Source: Candidatus Poribacteria bacterium
Lineage (GTDB): Bacteria; Poribacteria; WGA-4E; WGA-3G
Length of the DNA: 64,000 bases
Direction: 5' to 3'
Assembly (NCBI GenBank): GCA_965214095.1
Contig: OZ243938.1
Span: 4,960,001-5,024,000, forward strand
Shown: positions 20,465 to 30,820 of the stretch, piece after piece
Layout: the number at the start of each line of letters is the position of its first letter
Numbering within the stretch: position 1 is the stretch's first letter
Position numbers and translations under genes: made by a program
Notes under the pieces: model-generated
Databases searched by the model: none
Seen by the model: the letters and a program-made list of their open reading frames with translations, nothing else
Told to the model about the DNA's origin: nothing

Positions 20465-23099
20465 ATGAAAAGATTTAGAATATTATTAACTATATTACTA
20501 ATATTCGTAGCATTCTCTGCTAACGCTAATTATTTGGTTAAAACAATTTATATTAAACCGAATAATGTGCAGAATGTCCCGTTTGATAAAATTAGAGGAT
20601 GGATGGATGATGTTCAGCAATTATATATTGAAGAAATGTCTAAATACGGTTATGGAGATAAAACCTTTAAATACGAAAGAGAACATAACGGAAATATAAA
20701 AGTAAATGTAATAAATACTAACCGTCCATCTCATATATACCAATCTAATACTTGGGAAAATATAGAACCAGAAATACCAGAAAGATTTAAAGATCAAAAA
20801 AATGTACATGTTTTTATTGTAGGTGGTATTGACACAATCAATTTAAATCGTGGATGTTGTCAATGGGGTGTTGGATGGCCTATATATAATTTCAATTTTG
20901 GTGGTTCATGTATAGTTGCAGAAAATGCAAATACCTCTATGGTTAGATTAATTACACATGAAGTAGGACATACATTTAGTTTGTATCATACTGGAACAGC
21001 GAATACAATAATGGGATCAGGAGAAGAACTATTAGAGTATGAAGCAAGATGGTTAGATAAACATTATTTTTTCAATCCTGATAGAATAATAAAATGGCAA
21101 CATCCAAAGGTTAATCAAGTATTTAATGTTGAAGAAATAAAAGATAATATAATTAGCATCAAGATTAATATTACAAGTCCAAACGATTTATATCAAATTG
21201 TCGTTATGGATAATGATATATTGGTACTAGGTTGGCAATATATTGATGGTAAAAATACTAATAGACATTATAATGATTTAGTTGCAAGTTTAGTTAACCT
21301 CTGTTATTCTAATTACAATCTTATAAATGGAGGTTTTCTCATTATCGTTTTTGAAGATATTAAGGACAAAGCTGATACGCTTCTATCTCTCACTGGATAT
21401 ACTTTAGAAGAGTTTACAAAACTATTACCTCATTTTTCTAAATGTTTTTTAGCTTATATGGAAACACATACCCTTGATGGAAAACCGCGCATAAAACGGA
21501 GATATAAACCCTACAAGAATAGTTGTTTTGCTTCACATGAAGATATGTTGCTATTTATATTAATTTATCTTCATGAAGCTCCGAAACAGGTTCTATTCGG
21601 CACGCTCTTTGGTATGGCTCAACCTCTTGCGAATAAATGGATTCACTTGCTTTTACCGATATTGAACACCGCATTAGCAGAACTTGAAGAGCTGCCATCT
21701 CGGGAAACAGTTCCCACATCTATGTGTGATACTTGTGAGGTATCAAGTCAAAGTCAAGATAAAGCGTATTTTTTTTCATGATGGTATAGAACGGCGAATA
21801 CGGCGTCCAAGAGACCCAGAAGCTCAAAAGGCATATTATAGCGGTAAAAAGAAATGTCATACAGCAAAAAATAATCTGATTATCAATGAGAGCTGCAAAG
21901 TCGTCCTATTGACACCCTCTTTTGAAGGAAGACACCATGACAAATACATAGCTGATCAGGTGGGCTATTGTGTGCCCCCGGGAAGCACCTTGTATCAAGA
22001 TACCGGTTTTCAGGGGTTCACTCTTCCTGATGTTCACATCGTTCAACCGAAGAAAAAACCGAAAGGTGGAGAACTGACAGAAAAAGAAAAAGAAATCAAT
22101 AGAAAGATAGCGTCTATACGCATACGTGTTGAACATGCCATTAGTGGTGTCAAAAGATACCGCATTGTCAAAGACAAACTCAGAAATTGGAAGAAAGGGT
22201 TTTGTGACTTAGTTATGGAAACCTGTTGTGGTTTACACAATTTTCGACTAAACTTCAGACCCTGGTGTTATGAAACTCCTACTATTTAATTCATTATAAT
22301 GTCTAATGTAGATATGAGAATAAGTAGAAGTAAACTAATAGGAAAAAACAATCTAACCTTTATGATCATGGATACTTTAGGTGCTTTTACCTTTCATAGA
22401 TACGATTTCGTTATGCCTCCAAGATTTATAGAAGAGAATGTAGATTTAGGACTTGAGGAAGACCTTGAACCAATAACTATTAAAGAGGATACATCAGAAA
22501 ATGTTGTATATCTTAACATTAATTCAGGTAAAAAGACTTTACCTGATCAAAAAGGATTAAAACCGTTTAATTCTACAGCTGAATACAAAAATGGATGGGG
22601 ATGGCGAGCTATTTCAGATAATAAAACTAATAATGGTAACTCTATTATTATTAGAAATACTACTTTTGAAAGAGGTATTTCGCTATCTCCACCTGACAAT
22701 CCAAAAGTCTCATCTCTTAAATATAATTTAGAAGGAAATAATTACATTGCTTTTGAAGGATATATTGGAATAACTAATGATAGAGATTTTGAGATTGATG
22801 AAAATCAGAATGAAAGTTGTTTTGTAGGTGGTAGTTGTATATTTACATTTGAAATTGATAAAAAAAATATGTATAAATCGGGATTATTAACTGGTAAAGA
22901 CAATTATGAAAAAATCAGTTTTTATATACCCTTTGATGCAAAAGTATTGAGAATTGTTATTGATAGTGGAGTAGATACATCTTTGTGTGATCATCCGGCA
23001 ATAGGAGATCCAAAATTAATATCTAACTCACAAATTAGATATAGAATACAACCTAAAGGAAAACTTACTACTTTATGGGGTGAAATAAAAGGAATTTAG
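20465..23099 (+). pseudogene. Secreted zincin metalloprotease + NPCBM-like domain + GKLTTLWGEIK tail, interrupted by an IS
   Basis: Signal peptide; HEVGHTFSLYH followed by a Met-turn-like 'TIMG'. Removing 21263-22304 plus one AAT rejoins ...GKNTN-VDMRISRSKL... in frame with ORF 22299-23099. Visibly AT-rich. Confidence 0.8.
21263..22304 (+). mobile_element. Complete IS5-family (ISL2-group-like) insertion sequence, 1042 bp, split transposase
   Basis: 14-bp TIR AGACATTATAATGA / TCATTATAATGTCT; 3-bp TSD AAT (21260-62, 22305-07); DDE ORF 'FHDGIERR...YYSGKKKCHT...DTGFQG...RIRVEHAI'; T8 run at 21769-21776 at the ORF junction. Confidence 0.9.
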
Positions 23100-23144
23100 G
23101 AGAATAACTTTGATTATGATTGTTGGCAGTAAAACACTAAGTTG

Positions 23145-23849
23145 ATGTCTATTGAGAATAATATGAAGCAATCACAACTAACCAAAATAAAAACAGCAAA
23201 ATTACATCAGATTAAGGGATTTGTCTTCGTGCTGATCTTCGTTTTTGGGTTCTTCCGTCCATTTATTGTTGATGCGTATTTGATTCCATCCGGTTCAATG
23301 GAAGACACACTCCTCATCGGTGATAGAATTGTGGTGTGTAAGTTTATGTATGGTATTAAAATCCCCGGCACTGATATAAAGGTCTTTGATTTTCATGAAC
23401 CCGCTCGTGGAGATGTGTTCGTTTTCATCCCACCGCATGAGAGAGAACTTCACTTTATCAAACGGATTGTTGCCGTTGAAGGTAATACAGTCTATACAAA
23501 AGGTAAATACCTATATGTAAACGATGTAAGGGTTGATGAGGACAGTTACACAAAACACATACCAAACAACAAATATCGACAGGATTTTCCACCCTTCCGC
23601 AGTTCTGAATATCAAAAATACACGAAAGTTGAACCCTATATAGTGCCAAAAGGCATGGTATTCGCGATGGGAGATAACCGAGACTTGAGTAGTGATAGTC
23701 GGACTTGGGGACCTGTTGATGTTGACGACATTAAAGGTCAAGCATTCATGGTCATGTGGTCAACCGCAAACCGACCAATGAAGTTGTGGGAAGTTTGGAA
23801 GTTAGTAACAAATATTCGATTTAATAGAATTGGTAAAATAATTCGTTAG
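23145..23849 (+). CDS. lepB: Signal peptidase I (paralogue 1)
   Basis: Catalytic 'IPSGSMEDTL' and 'FIKRIVA'; box E 'MGDNRDLSSDSR'. Confidence 0.92.
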   Translation: MSIENNMKQSQLTKIKTAKLHQIKGFVFVLIFVFGFFRPFIVDAYLIPSGSMEDTLLIGDRIVVCKFMYGIKIPGTDIKVFDFHEPARGDVFVFIPPHERELHFIKRIVAVEGNTVYTKGKYLYVNDVRVDEDSYTKHIPNNKYRQDFPPFRSSEYQKYTKVEPYIVPKGMVFAMGDNRDLSSDSRTWGPVDVDDIKGQAFMVMWSTANRPMKLWEVWKLVTNIRFNRIGKIIR

Positions 23850-23875
23850 AATAAAACGTATAAAAGGAATATTTA

Positions 23876-26404
23876 ATGAAAATATTGTATATAATATCAA
23901 TCACATTCTTAATTGTATTTGCTGTGGGATGTGATGAAATGCAAAGTCAGGTAATGAAACCTATGACGATGCCTGACGGTGAAGGTCCGACAGATGATGA
24001 AGTAGTTACATCCGTAGGTACGATGAAGGATCCTTCTATGACAACCGATGATTCAAAGGAAGAGGATCCTCCTGCTGAAACTCAAACTACAGAAGAGGAT
24101 ACCGTTGATGAACCTCAAACACCCGATGCTGCATTTGTGAGTGCGGATCCCGAAGACGGGGATATTAAAGTAACTGATAGTATTGAACTCACATTTGACA
24201 ACGACCCTGGTGAAGTAACTGTGAATGAAGGAACAGTCTCAGGTTCAGGCACGTCACGAACTATTAGCGGTCCTTTCCCAGAAGGCTTACTTAGCCTGAC
24301 AATTTCGTGGCCAAACGGCGACGGCAGCAAAACACTGGAATATAACGTTGAGGCTGATGAATCTCAGCAGATACCCGACGCGGCATTTTCAAGCGCGTCA
24401 CCCGCAAGCGGGGATATTTCTGAAAACGGTAGTATCGCCATTAATTTTGACAACGACCCCGGTGAAGTAACTGTGAATACTGGGACAGTCTCAGGTTCAG
24501 GCACGTCCCGAACTATTAGTGGTCCTTTCCCAGTTGGTTCGCTTTCTCTGACAATTTCGTGGCCAAACGGCGACGGCAGCAAAACACTGGCCTATAACGT
24601 TGAGGCTGATGAATCTCAGCAGATACCTGACGCAACATTTTCAAGTGCGTCACCCGCAAGTGGGGATATTTCTGAAAGCGGTAGTATCACCATTAATTTT
24701 GACAACGACCCTGGTGAAGTAACTGTGAGTGAAGGAACAGTCTCAGGTTCAGGCACGTCGCGGACTATAAGCGGTCCTTTCTCTGTTGGTTCGCTTGCCC
24801 TGTCAATTTCGTGGACAAACGGCAACGGAAGCCACACACTGAACTATAACGTTGAGGCTGATGAACCTCAAATACCTGACGCAACATTTTCAAGTGCGTC
24901 ACCCGCAAGTGGGGATATTTCTGAAAGCGGTAGTATCACCATTAATTTTGACAACGACCCTGGTGAAGTAACTGTGAGTGAAGGAACAGTCTCAGGTTCA
25001 GGCACGTCGCGGACTATAAGCGGTCCTTTCTCTGTTGGTTCGCTTGCCCTGTCAATTTCGTGGACAAACGGCAACGGAAGCCACACACTGAACTATAACG
25101 TTGAGGCTGGTGAACCTCAAATACCTGACGCAACATTTTCAAGTGCGTCACCCGCAAGTGGGGATATTTCTGAAAGCGGTAGTATCACCATTAATTTTGA
25201 CAACGACCCCGGTGAAGTAACTGTGAATACTGGGACAGTCTCAGGTTCAGGCACGACACGGACTATTAGCGGTCCTTTCTCGGAAGGCTCACTTACCCTG
25301 TCAATTTCGTGGACAAACGGCAACGGAAGCCACACACTGAACTATAACGTTGAGGCTGATGAACCTCAAATACCTGACGCAACATTTTCAAGTGCGTCAC
25401 CCGCAAGTGGGGATATTTCTGAAAGCGGTAGTATCACCATTAATTTTGACAACGACCCCGGTGAAGTAACTGTGAATACTGGGACAGTCTCAGGTTCTGG
25501 CACGTCACGGACTATTAGCGGTCCTTTCTCTGTTGGTTCGCTTACCCTGACAATTTCGTGGACAAACGGTAACGGAAGCAAAACACTGGAATATACCGTT
25601 GAAGATTCAACTCCGCCAGAAGTTTCAACCAGTAGCACTGCTGACGGTGCAGTGGATGTTGACCCCACAACAGTGTCTAACAGTGGCATCACGGTTACCT
25701 TCAATGAAACAATAGGTAGTGGAGAACTAAAGTTGTATAAAGACAATGTAGATGTCGGTTGGTCAGCAATGCTTTCAGGGAACACCATCACGATCACAAA
25801 AGGTTCTGGTCAAGAACTCAGCCACGATACTATGTATGAAATAAAGGGGACTGTCAAAGACAGTGCTGATAATGAAAAGGCAGTTAGCATTACCTTCACA
25901 ACAAAATCAGCATCTGTGCAGCTTCAACCACTAGCTCGAGGTGAAGGCTTAAGAATCGGTGTCACAGCACCAACATTCTCTGTGAATGACAGTGATGGAA
26001 ACACCTACAGTTTTGATGGCAACAACGGTGGTAGCAGTAATATAGTAATTTTGTTTTACCGGGGTTGGTGGTGACCGGTTTGTCGTACGCAACTCGGTGA
26101 GTTGCAAGACAACTACGATGATATTAGTGCAGCAGGCGGATCACTCATCGCTATCAGCAACGATGACACCACTGCTGCTAAAAATGCAGCCGATACTATT
26201 GGGAACGCGTTCACTGTGCTATCTGATACCAGTAAAACGGCAATCAATGCTTACAACGTATTAAATAAAAACAGTGATAATTATGCCCAACCCTCAGTTT
26301 TTATCATTAAAACGGATGGGACGATTGGATATAAATCTATTGATGCTGATTATTCAAGATCTGATTCATCATCCATTATAAGTGCATTGGAAGGTCTTGA
26401 CTGA
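23876..26404 (+). CDS. Selenoprotein: lipoprotein with six tandem Ig-like repeats, a Big_5-like domain and a C-terminal AhpC/TSA (Prx-like) domain; Sec at TGA 26072-26074 (U733-P-V-C)
   Basis: Lipobox AVG-C19. ORFs 23876-26074 and 26102-26404 are in the same frame; read-through gives FYRGWW-U-PVCRTQLGELQ, matching the FYRGxWCPxCxxQL motif. SECIS-like hairpin follows; selB/selC are adjacent. Confidence 0.88.
24113..25603 (+). repeat. Six intragenic tandem repeats of 249-252 bp (83-84 aa Ig-like units)
   Basis: Repeated 'PDAxFxSAxP...FDNDPGEVTV..GTVSGSGTSRTISGPF...ISWxNGxGSxTLxYxVE'. Confidence 0.95.
26081..26111 (+). promoter_or_regulatory. Bacterial SECIS element
   Basis: Upper stem GCAACTC-GGT-GAGTTGC (26089-26105) with lower TGTC/GACA pairing, starting 7 nt after the in-frame TGA. 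Confidence 0.8.
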
Positions 26405-26418
26405 TTCTTTCTTGCTTC

Positions 26419-26577
26419 TATAGGTGTTAATTTAGTGGTTTCCCCAAGTTGGTAGGTTCGGTTTCCTAACCGAACCGGACATACGAGAAGACTTTTATGA
26501 AGTGTTTTGATACAAATCCGGTTCGGTTAGGAAACCGAACCTACCGGTCTGGGAATTATATCTTAACTTCCCTTATG
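26419..26577. repeat. Degenerate MITE/REP doublet (inverted GGTAGGTTCGGTTTCCTAACCGAACCGG pair)
   Basis: Same family as 12884-13055 and 30821-31128. Confidence 0.7.
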
Positions 26578-26644
26578 TTGACATATACACAACTCACGTT
26601 TTTATAGAAAGGGATAACCGTATTATTTACGGTTTTCATACATA

Positions 26645-27424
26645 ATGAGTACTGATGCTCAATTGTCCAAATGGCAGGAATTCCGCAAAACAGTCGTCTG
26701 GGAATATACCCAAGTAATTGCAGTTGCACTCATACTTGTTTTTGGGTTCATTCGACCTTTTGTTGTAGAAGCTTTCAAAATACCTTCCGGTTCAATGGAA
26801 GATACACTCCTCATCGGCGACAGAATTCTGGTTTGCAAGTTTATCTACGGTTTCAAAATTCCAGGAACAGACATTAAAGTCTTTGACTTTCATGAACCTG
26901 CGCGTGGTGATGTGTTTGTATTTATTCCTCCGCATGAAACTGACCGCAACTTCATCAAACGCATTGTAGCAGTTGAAGGTGATACTGTTCACACAGAAGG
27001 CAGAAATCTCTATGTCAACGGTATAGAAGTAGACGATAGTAGTTACACCAAACACGTAGGTGGACGTTTCGTTAGGCGAGGTGATTTTCCACCATTCCGA
27101 AAAACGGAAGATTATATGAGGGAAGCAAAATTATACGCGGATTATACACTGACAGATAGCCAGTTTAAAAGCAAATTTCCCAATGGCAAGCCGTTTCTTG
27201 TTCCAAAAGATCATGTCTTTGCAATGGGTGATAATCGAGATCAAAGCAGTGACAGTCGCACTTGGGGACCTGTGCACGTTGATCGTATCAAAGGACAAGC
27301 GTTCATGGTATATTGGTCATTTGGACAAGCAAAACCCAAAATATGGGAAGTGTGGAAGATTATAGGAAATATACGGTTCAACCGTATTGGTAAACTTATC
27401 CACACAGATGATGGACTCAACTGA
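26645..27424 (+). CDS. lepB: Signal peptidase I (paralogue 2)
   Basis: 'IPSGSMEDTL', 'FIKRIVA', 'MGDNRDQSSDSR'; stop overlaps the selB start. Confidence 0.93.
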   Translation: MSTDAQLSKWQEFRKTVVWEYTQVIAVALILVFGFIRPFVVEAFKIPSGSMEDTLLIGDRILVCKFIYGFKIPGTDIKVFDFHEPARGDVFVFIPPHETDRNFIKRIVAVEGDTVHTEGRNLYVNGIEVDDSSYTKHVGGRFVRRGDFPPFRKTEDYMREAKLYADYTLTDSQFKSKFPNGKPFLVPKDHVFAMGDNRDQSSDSRTWGPVHVDRIKGQAFMVYWSFGQAKPKIWEVWKIIGNIRFNRIGKLIHTDDGLN

Positions 27425-29370
27425 TGCAGCAAGACAGACGACACCTTATTATCGGCACTGCCGGACATGTTGACCATGGAAAAACTGCTCTGGTAGGTGC
27501 TCTCACAGGCATTCAAACTGACAGACTTAAGGAGGAACGAGAACGCGGTTTATCCATTGAGTTAGGTTTTGCATACTTTGACCTACCAGATAATTCACGC
27601 GCTGGAATTGTTGATGTTCCCGGTCACGAGAAGTTTATACGCAATATGTTGTCGGGTGCTTATGGAATGGATGTTGTCCTTTTTGTCGTTGATGCAAAAG
27701 AGGGGGTGCAAGAACAGACACTTGAACACTTAGCTATTTTAGACTTGCTCAACATCTCAAATGGCATTCTTGTCATGACAAAGTCTGATTTGGCTTCGCC
27801 TGATGAATTGGAAGAAGCAACGGAAATGACACAGGAGATGCTCGTTGGTACGTCACTGGAGGGAATACCAGCAGTGAGTGTGTCCTCCATCACCGGGGAC
27901 GGAATTAAGGCTCTAAAGCAGACGATTGTTCAACAGGTAGACCTCGCGAATAAAGCACAAGAACATGATGGAATTCCAAGACTGTATGTTGATCGTGTTT
28001 TTAAAGTGGAAGGATTTGGTGACGTAGTAACAGGAACACTTATCGGCGGTTCAATCAATAAAGATCAGCGAATGATAATACTACCACAAGGAGACACCGT
28101 CCGTGTTCGAGGAATACAAGTGCATAATGAACACGCGAATGTCGCACATGCTGGACAAAGAACTGCACTTAATCTGTCTGGTACAACTGCAGACGAAATA
28201 CAACGCGGGGATGTGATATGTCCAAGTGAATTTTCAAGGGTAACTGATAATATTGACATCTCTTTACAAGTTTTATCTTCGTTCCCAAGGATGCTTGAAC
28301 ATTGGGGACGTTTCCGTGCCTATCTTGGAACACGTGAGATTTTTTGTCGATTGATCCTGTTGGTTGACGAAGCAATTCTACCGGGTGACAAAGTACAAGT
28401 CCAACTTCGCTTAGAACAACCCATACTCACCTTCAGAGGTGATAGAATTATATTACGAGATTTTTCTGCACAGTATACTGTCGGTGGTGGAGCAGTCATC
28501 AACCCATTCGCACCGAAACACAAAAGGTTTACGCAAGAAACCATCAACACATTAGCACAATGGGAAGAAGTTGACGACACGCAGGTCGTCAATGCACTAT
28601 TAGAAAATAGTCTGACGCTATGCGTAGAAGAATCTTTTCTATATTACTATTTACCCTATTCACAATCTGAAGTAAAAAACATATTAAACACTTTGGAATC
28701 TGAAGGGAAAATTGTTCGCTGGGATAAATCTGCAAGAACGCCTCTCGTTTCCGATGCTGACCGCACCACAGACGTTACTAAAAGGTTGTTAGCAGCACTG
28801 TCCGAATTCCATGAATCACAACCCTTGCAGGCAGGTCAAAACAGTTCACAATTGAGTCGTGAACTTGAACTGGATGAGGTGGCATTTGAAAAAATCACTG
28901 ACCAACTCATAAAAACAAAAGAGTTAGTCAAAGATGGAAATCTGCTACGATTAGCATCCCATGAAATACAATTCTCTGAAGAAGAGTCAACCGCAAAAGA
29001 AACGTTGGAGAATTTATTTCTCAATGCTGGTATTAACACTCCCGGTCTAAAAGAACTGAATACGCTACTGTCAGAGTATACACCTCAAGTGATTGAGTCT
29101 ACATTTTATGCATTATTGAATTTGGGTCAGTTTATCAAGGCAGCGGACAATTACTTCATTCACAAAAAAGTCTATGAGGATATAACAGAGACATTAACCG
29201 ATTATCTACGAAAAAATGAAACAATATCAGTCGCAGAATTTCGGGAATTGGCTCAGACATCGCGGAAATATGCAGTCCCTTTTCTTGAGTATTGTGACAC
29301 GCAAAGTGTTACCGTCAGAGATGGAAACGTCCGCAGATTGTCATCCAGACAGAAATATAGTGAATTATAA
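27424..29370 (+). CDS. selB: Selenocysteine-specific elongation factor SelB
   Basis: 'GTAGHVDHGKT', 'EERERGLSIELGFA', 'DVPGHEKFIRNM', C-terminal winged-helix 'TSRKYAVPFLEYCD'. Confidence 0.96.
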   Translation: MQQDRRHLIIGTAGHVDHGKTALVGALTGIQTDRLKEERERGLSIELGFAYFDLPDNSRAGIVDVPGHEKFIRNMLSGAYGMDVVLFVVDAKEGVQEQTLEHLAILDLLNISNGILVMTKSDLASPDELEEATEMTQEMLVGTSLEGIPAVSVSSITGDGIKALKQTIVQQVDLANKAQEHDGIPRLYVDRVFKVEGFGDVVTGTLIGGSINKDQRMIILPQGDTVRVRGIQVHNEHANVAHAGQRTALNLSGTTADEIQRGDVICPSEFSRVTDNIDISLQVLSSFPRMLEHWGRFRAYLGTREIFCRLILLVDEAILPGDKVQVQLRLEQPILTFRGDRIILRDFSAQYTVGGGAVINPFAPKHKRFTQETINTLAQWEEVDDTQVVNALLENSLTLCVEESFLYYYLPYSQSEVKNILNTLESEGKIVRWDKSARTPLVSDADRTTDVTKRLLAALSEFHESQPLQAGQNSSQLSRELELDEVAFEKITDQLIKTKELVKDGNLLRLASHEIQFSEEESTAKETLENLFLNAGINTPGLKELNTLLSEYTPQVIESTFYALLNLGQFIKAADNYFIHKKVYEDITETLTDYLRKNETISVAEFRELAQTSRKYAVPFLEYCDTQSVTVRDGNVRRLSSRQKYSEL

Positions 29371-29459
29371 ATATAAGTTGACACTTTCGCCCCACGGTAG
29401 GCGAGGTTTCCTAACCTCGCCGATGCAGAGTGTTCAAGTAATTTCAAAATCTACTATAA
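29356..29459. mobile_element. MITE-like element overlapping the selB stop codon
   Basis: TATAGTGAATTATAAATATAAGTTG... homologous to 15191-15333; REP hairpin at 29396-29421. Confidence 0.6.
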
Positions 29460-29495
29460 ACAATCAATGGCTGCAATTTTCTTTATCTAACTTAT

Positions 29496-29589
29496 GGGGG
29501 AGGATAGGGTCTGGTGGCTCTACCGGTCTTCAAAACCGGCTTGTCCATGCAAGTGGATAGGTGGGTTCGATTCCCACCCTCTCCCGCCA
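29496..29589 (+). tRNA. selC: tRNA-Sec (anticodon TCA)
   Basis: 8-bp acceptor stem GGGGGAGG/CCTCTCCC with G-CCA end; long D stem with TGGT loop; anticodon arm CCGGT-CTTCAAA-ACCGG; long variable arm; T arm GTGGG-TTCGATT-CCCAC. Confidence 0.96.
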
Positions 29590-29703
29590 TTTTACAAGTG
29601 AACCATTACAAGTAATACCATTTCTGAAAAATAACTTCTCATTAAGAAAGGAACCGTTCGTAGTCGCGCAATTCATTGCGCCTCTTACATTCTCCATTTT
29701 AAG

Positions 29704-29821
29704 TTATACCATTTCTAATAGAAAACACCGCATTTTTGTAGCACAAACTGCCAGTTTGTGCAGTCCTTCAAGGCATTCATAACAAATGTTAATGGGATAA
29801 ACATTTATAGAAATGGTATAA
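29704..29821. mobile_element. MITE with 14-bp TIR TTATACCATTTCTA enclosing the REP GTAGCACAAACTGCCAGTTTGTGC
   Basis: Perfect TIRs at 29704-29717 and 29808-29821; GTAG + hairpin at 29738-29761. Confidence 0.65.
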
Positions 29822-29838
29822 AATTGGAATACAAAACG

Positions 29839-30729
29839 ATGAGACCCCTCCCAATTGTCACCGCAAATGCTACCAAACGCAGACACCCATCATGGATTAA
29901 GGCTCGTATCCCTGGCGGTAATAACTACACTGAGTTAAAAAAACTTATGCGTGAGTTACAACTGCATACTGTCTGTGAAGAAGCGCGTTGTCCAAACATT
30001 GGGGAATGCTGGAACAGTCGCACTGCAACTTTTATGATTTTAGGTGATGTATGCACACGTCGATGCATGTTCTGTGCAGTGAAGAAAGGAAATCCCGATA
30101 GTGTGGATTCTGATGAACCAAGACGACTTGGTGAAGCAGTCGCACACTTGAAGTTGAATCACGTGGTGATTACTTCCGTTAACCGTGATGATTTACCGGA
30201 TGGTGGTGCATCCATATTTGCAGACTGCATCTATGAGGCACGCAAGCAACGACCAGATTGTACCGTTGAAGTGCTTATTCCCGATTTAGAAGGAAATTGG
30301 GATGCACTTGAAGTCATTGTTAATGCAGAGCCAGAGGTACTCAATCACAATACCGAAACAGTGGAACGCCTCTACCGACGCGCACGTCCCTACGCAAATT
30401 ACCAACAAACCCTGACACTCCTCAAAACAGGTAAAAAACTAAATCCAAATATACTCACAAAATCGGGACTCATGGTAGGCTTGGGTGAAACAGTGGTTGA
30501 ACTCTTGGAAACTATGCAGGATATTCAGCACACTGGATGCGATATTCTGACTATCGGACAATATCTCTCACCATCCCCACGCCATCTACCCATTCAACGT
30601 TACTACACCCCAGAAGAGTTTGCCGAACTAAAAGATGCAGGTTTAGAAATGGGATTTCGGCATGTTGAATCAGGTCCCTTAGTCCGCAGTTCCTATCACG
30701 CAAAAGAACAAGTATCTCTTTCAAGTTGA
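29839..30729 (+). CDS. lipA: Lipoyl synthase
   Basis: 'TVCEEARCPNIGECW', radical SAM 'CTRRCMFC', 'GPLVRSSY'. Confidence 0.96.
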   Translation: MRPLPIVTANATKRRHPSWIKARIPGGNNYTELKKLMRELQLHTVCEEARCPNIGECWNSRTATFMILGDVCTRRCMFCAVKKGNPDSVDSDEPRRLGEAVAHLKLNHVVITSVNRDDLPDGGASIFADCIYEARKQRPDCTVEVLIPDLEGNWDALEVIVNAEPEVLNHNTETVERLYRRARPYANYQQTLTLLKTGKKLNPNILTKSGLMVGLGETVVELLETMQDIQHTGCDILTIGQYLSPSPRHLPIQRYYTPEEFAELKDAGLEMGFRHVESGPLVRSSYHAKEQVSLSS

Positions 30730-30820
30730 TTGTAGTCAGTATCTCATAGATCAATTGAAGTGTGGTGACTCCGTGTCCACCCAGATACCATACGCGTCTT
30801 CGGGTAAGTAAAGACCCCAC

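Noticed and set aside
21779-21781. TGA ending ORF 20438-21781 as a possible Sec codon
   Set aside because: It lies at a transposase frameshift site; the continuation is in another frame and there is no redox motif.
24115-25797. Repeated minus-strand ORFs (similar plus-strand ORFs at 58258-63729)
   Set aside because: Antisense shadows of repetitive coding sequence.
29216-29886. Short ORFs over the selB-lipA interval
   Set aside because: They overlap tRNA-Sec and MITE/REP sequence and have no protein-like features.
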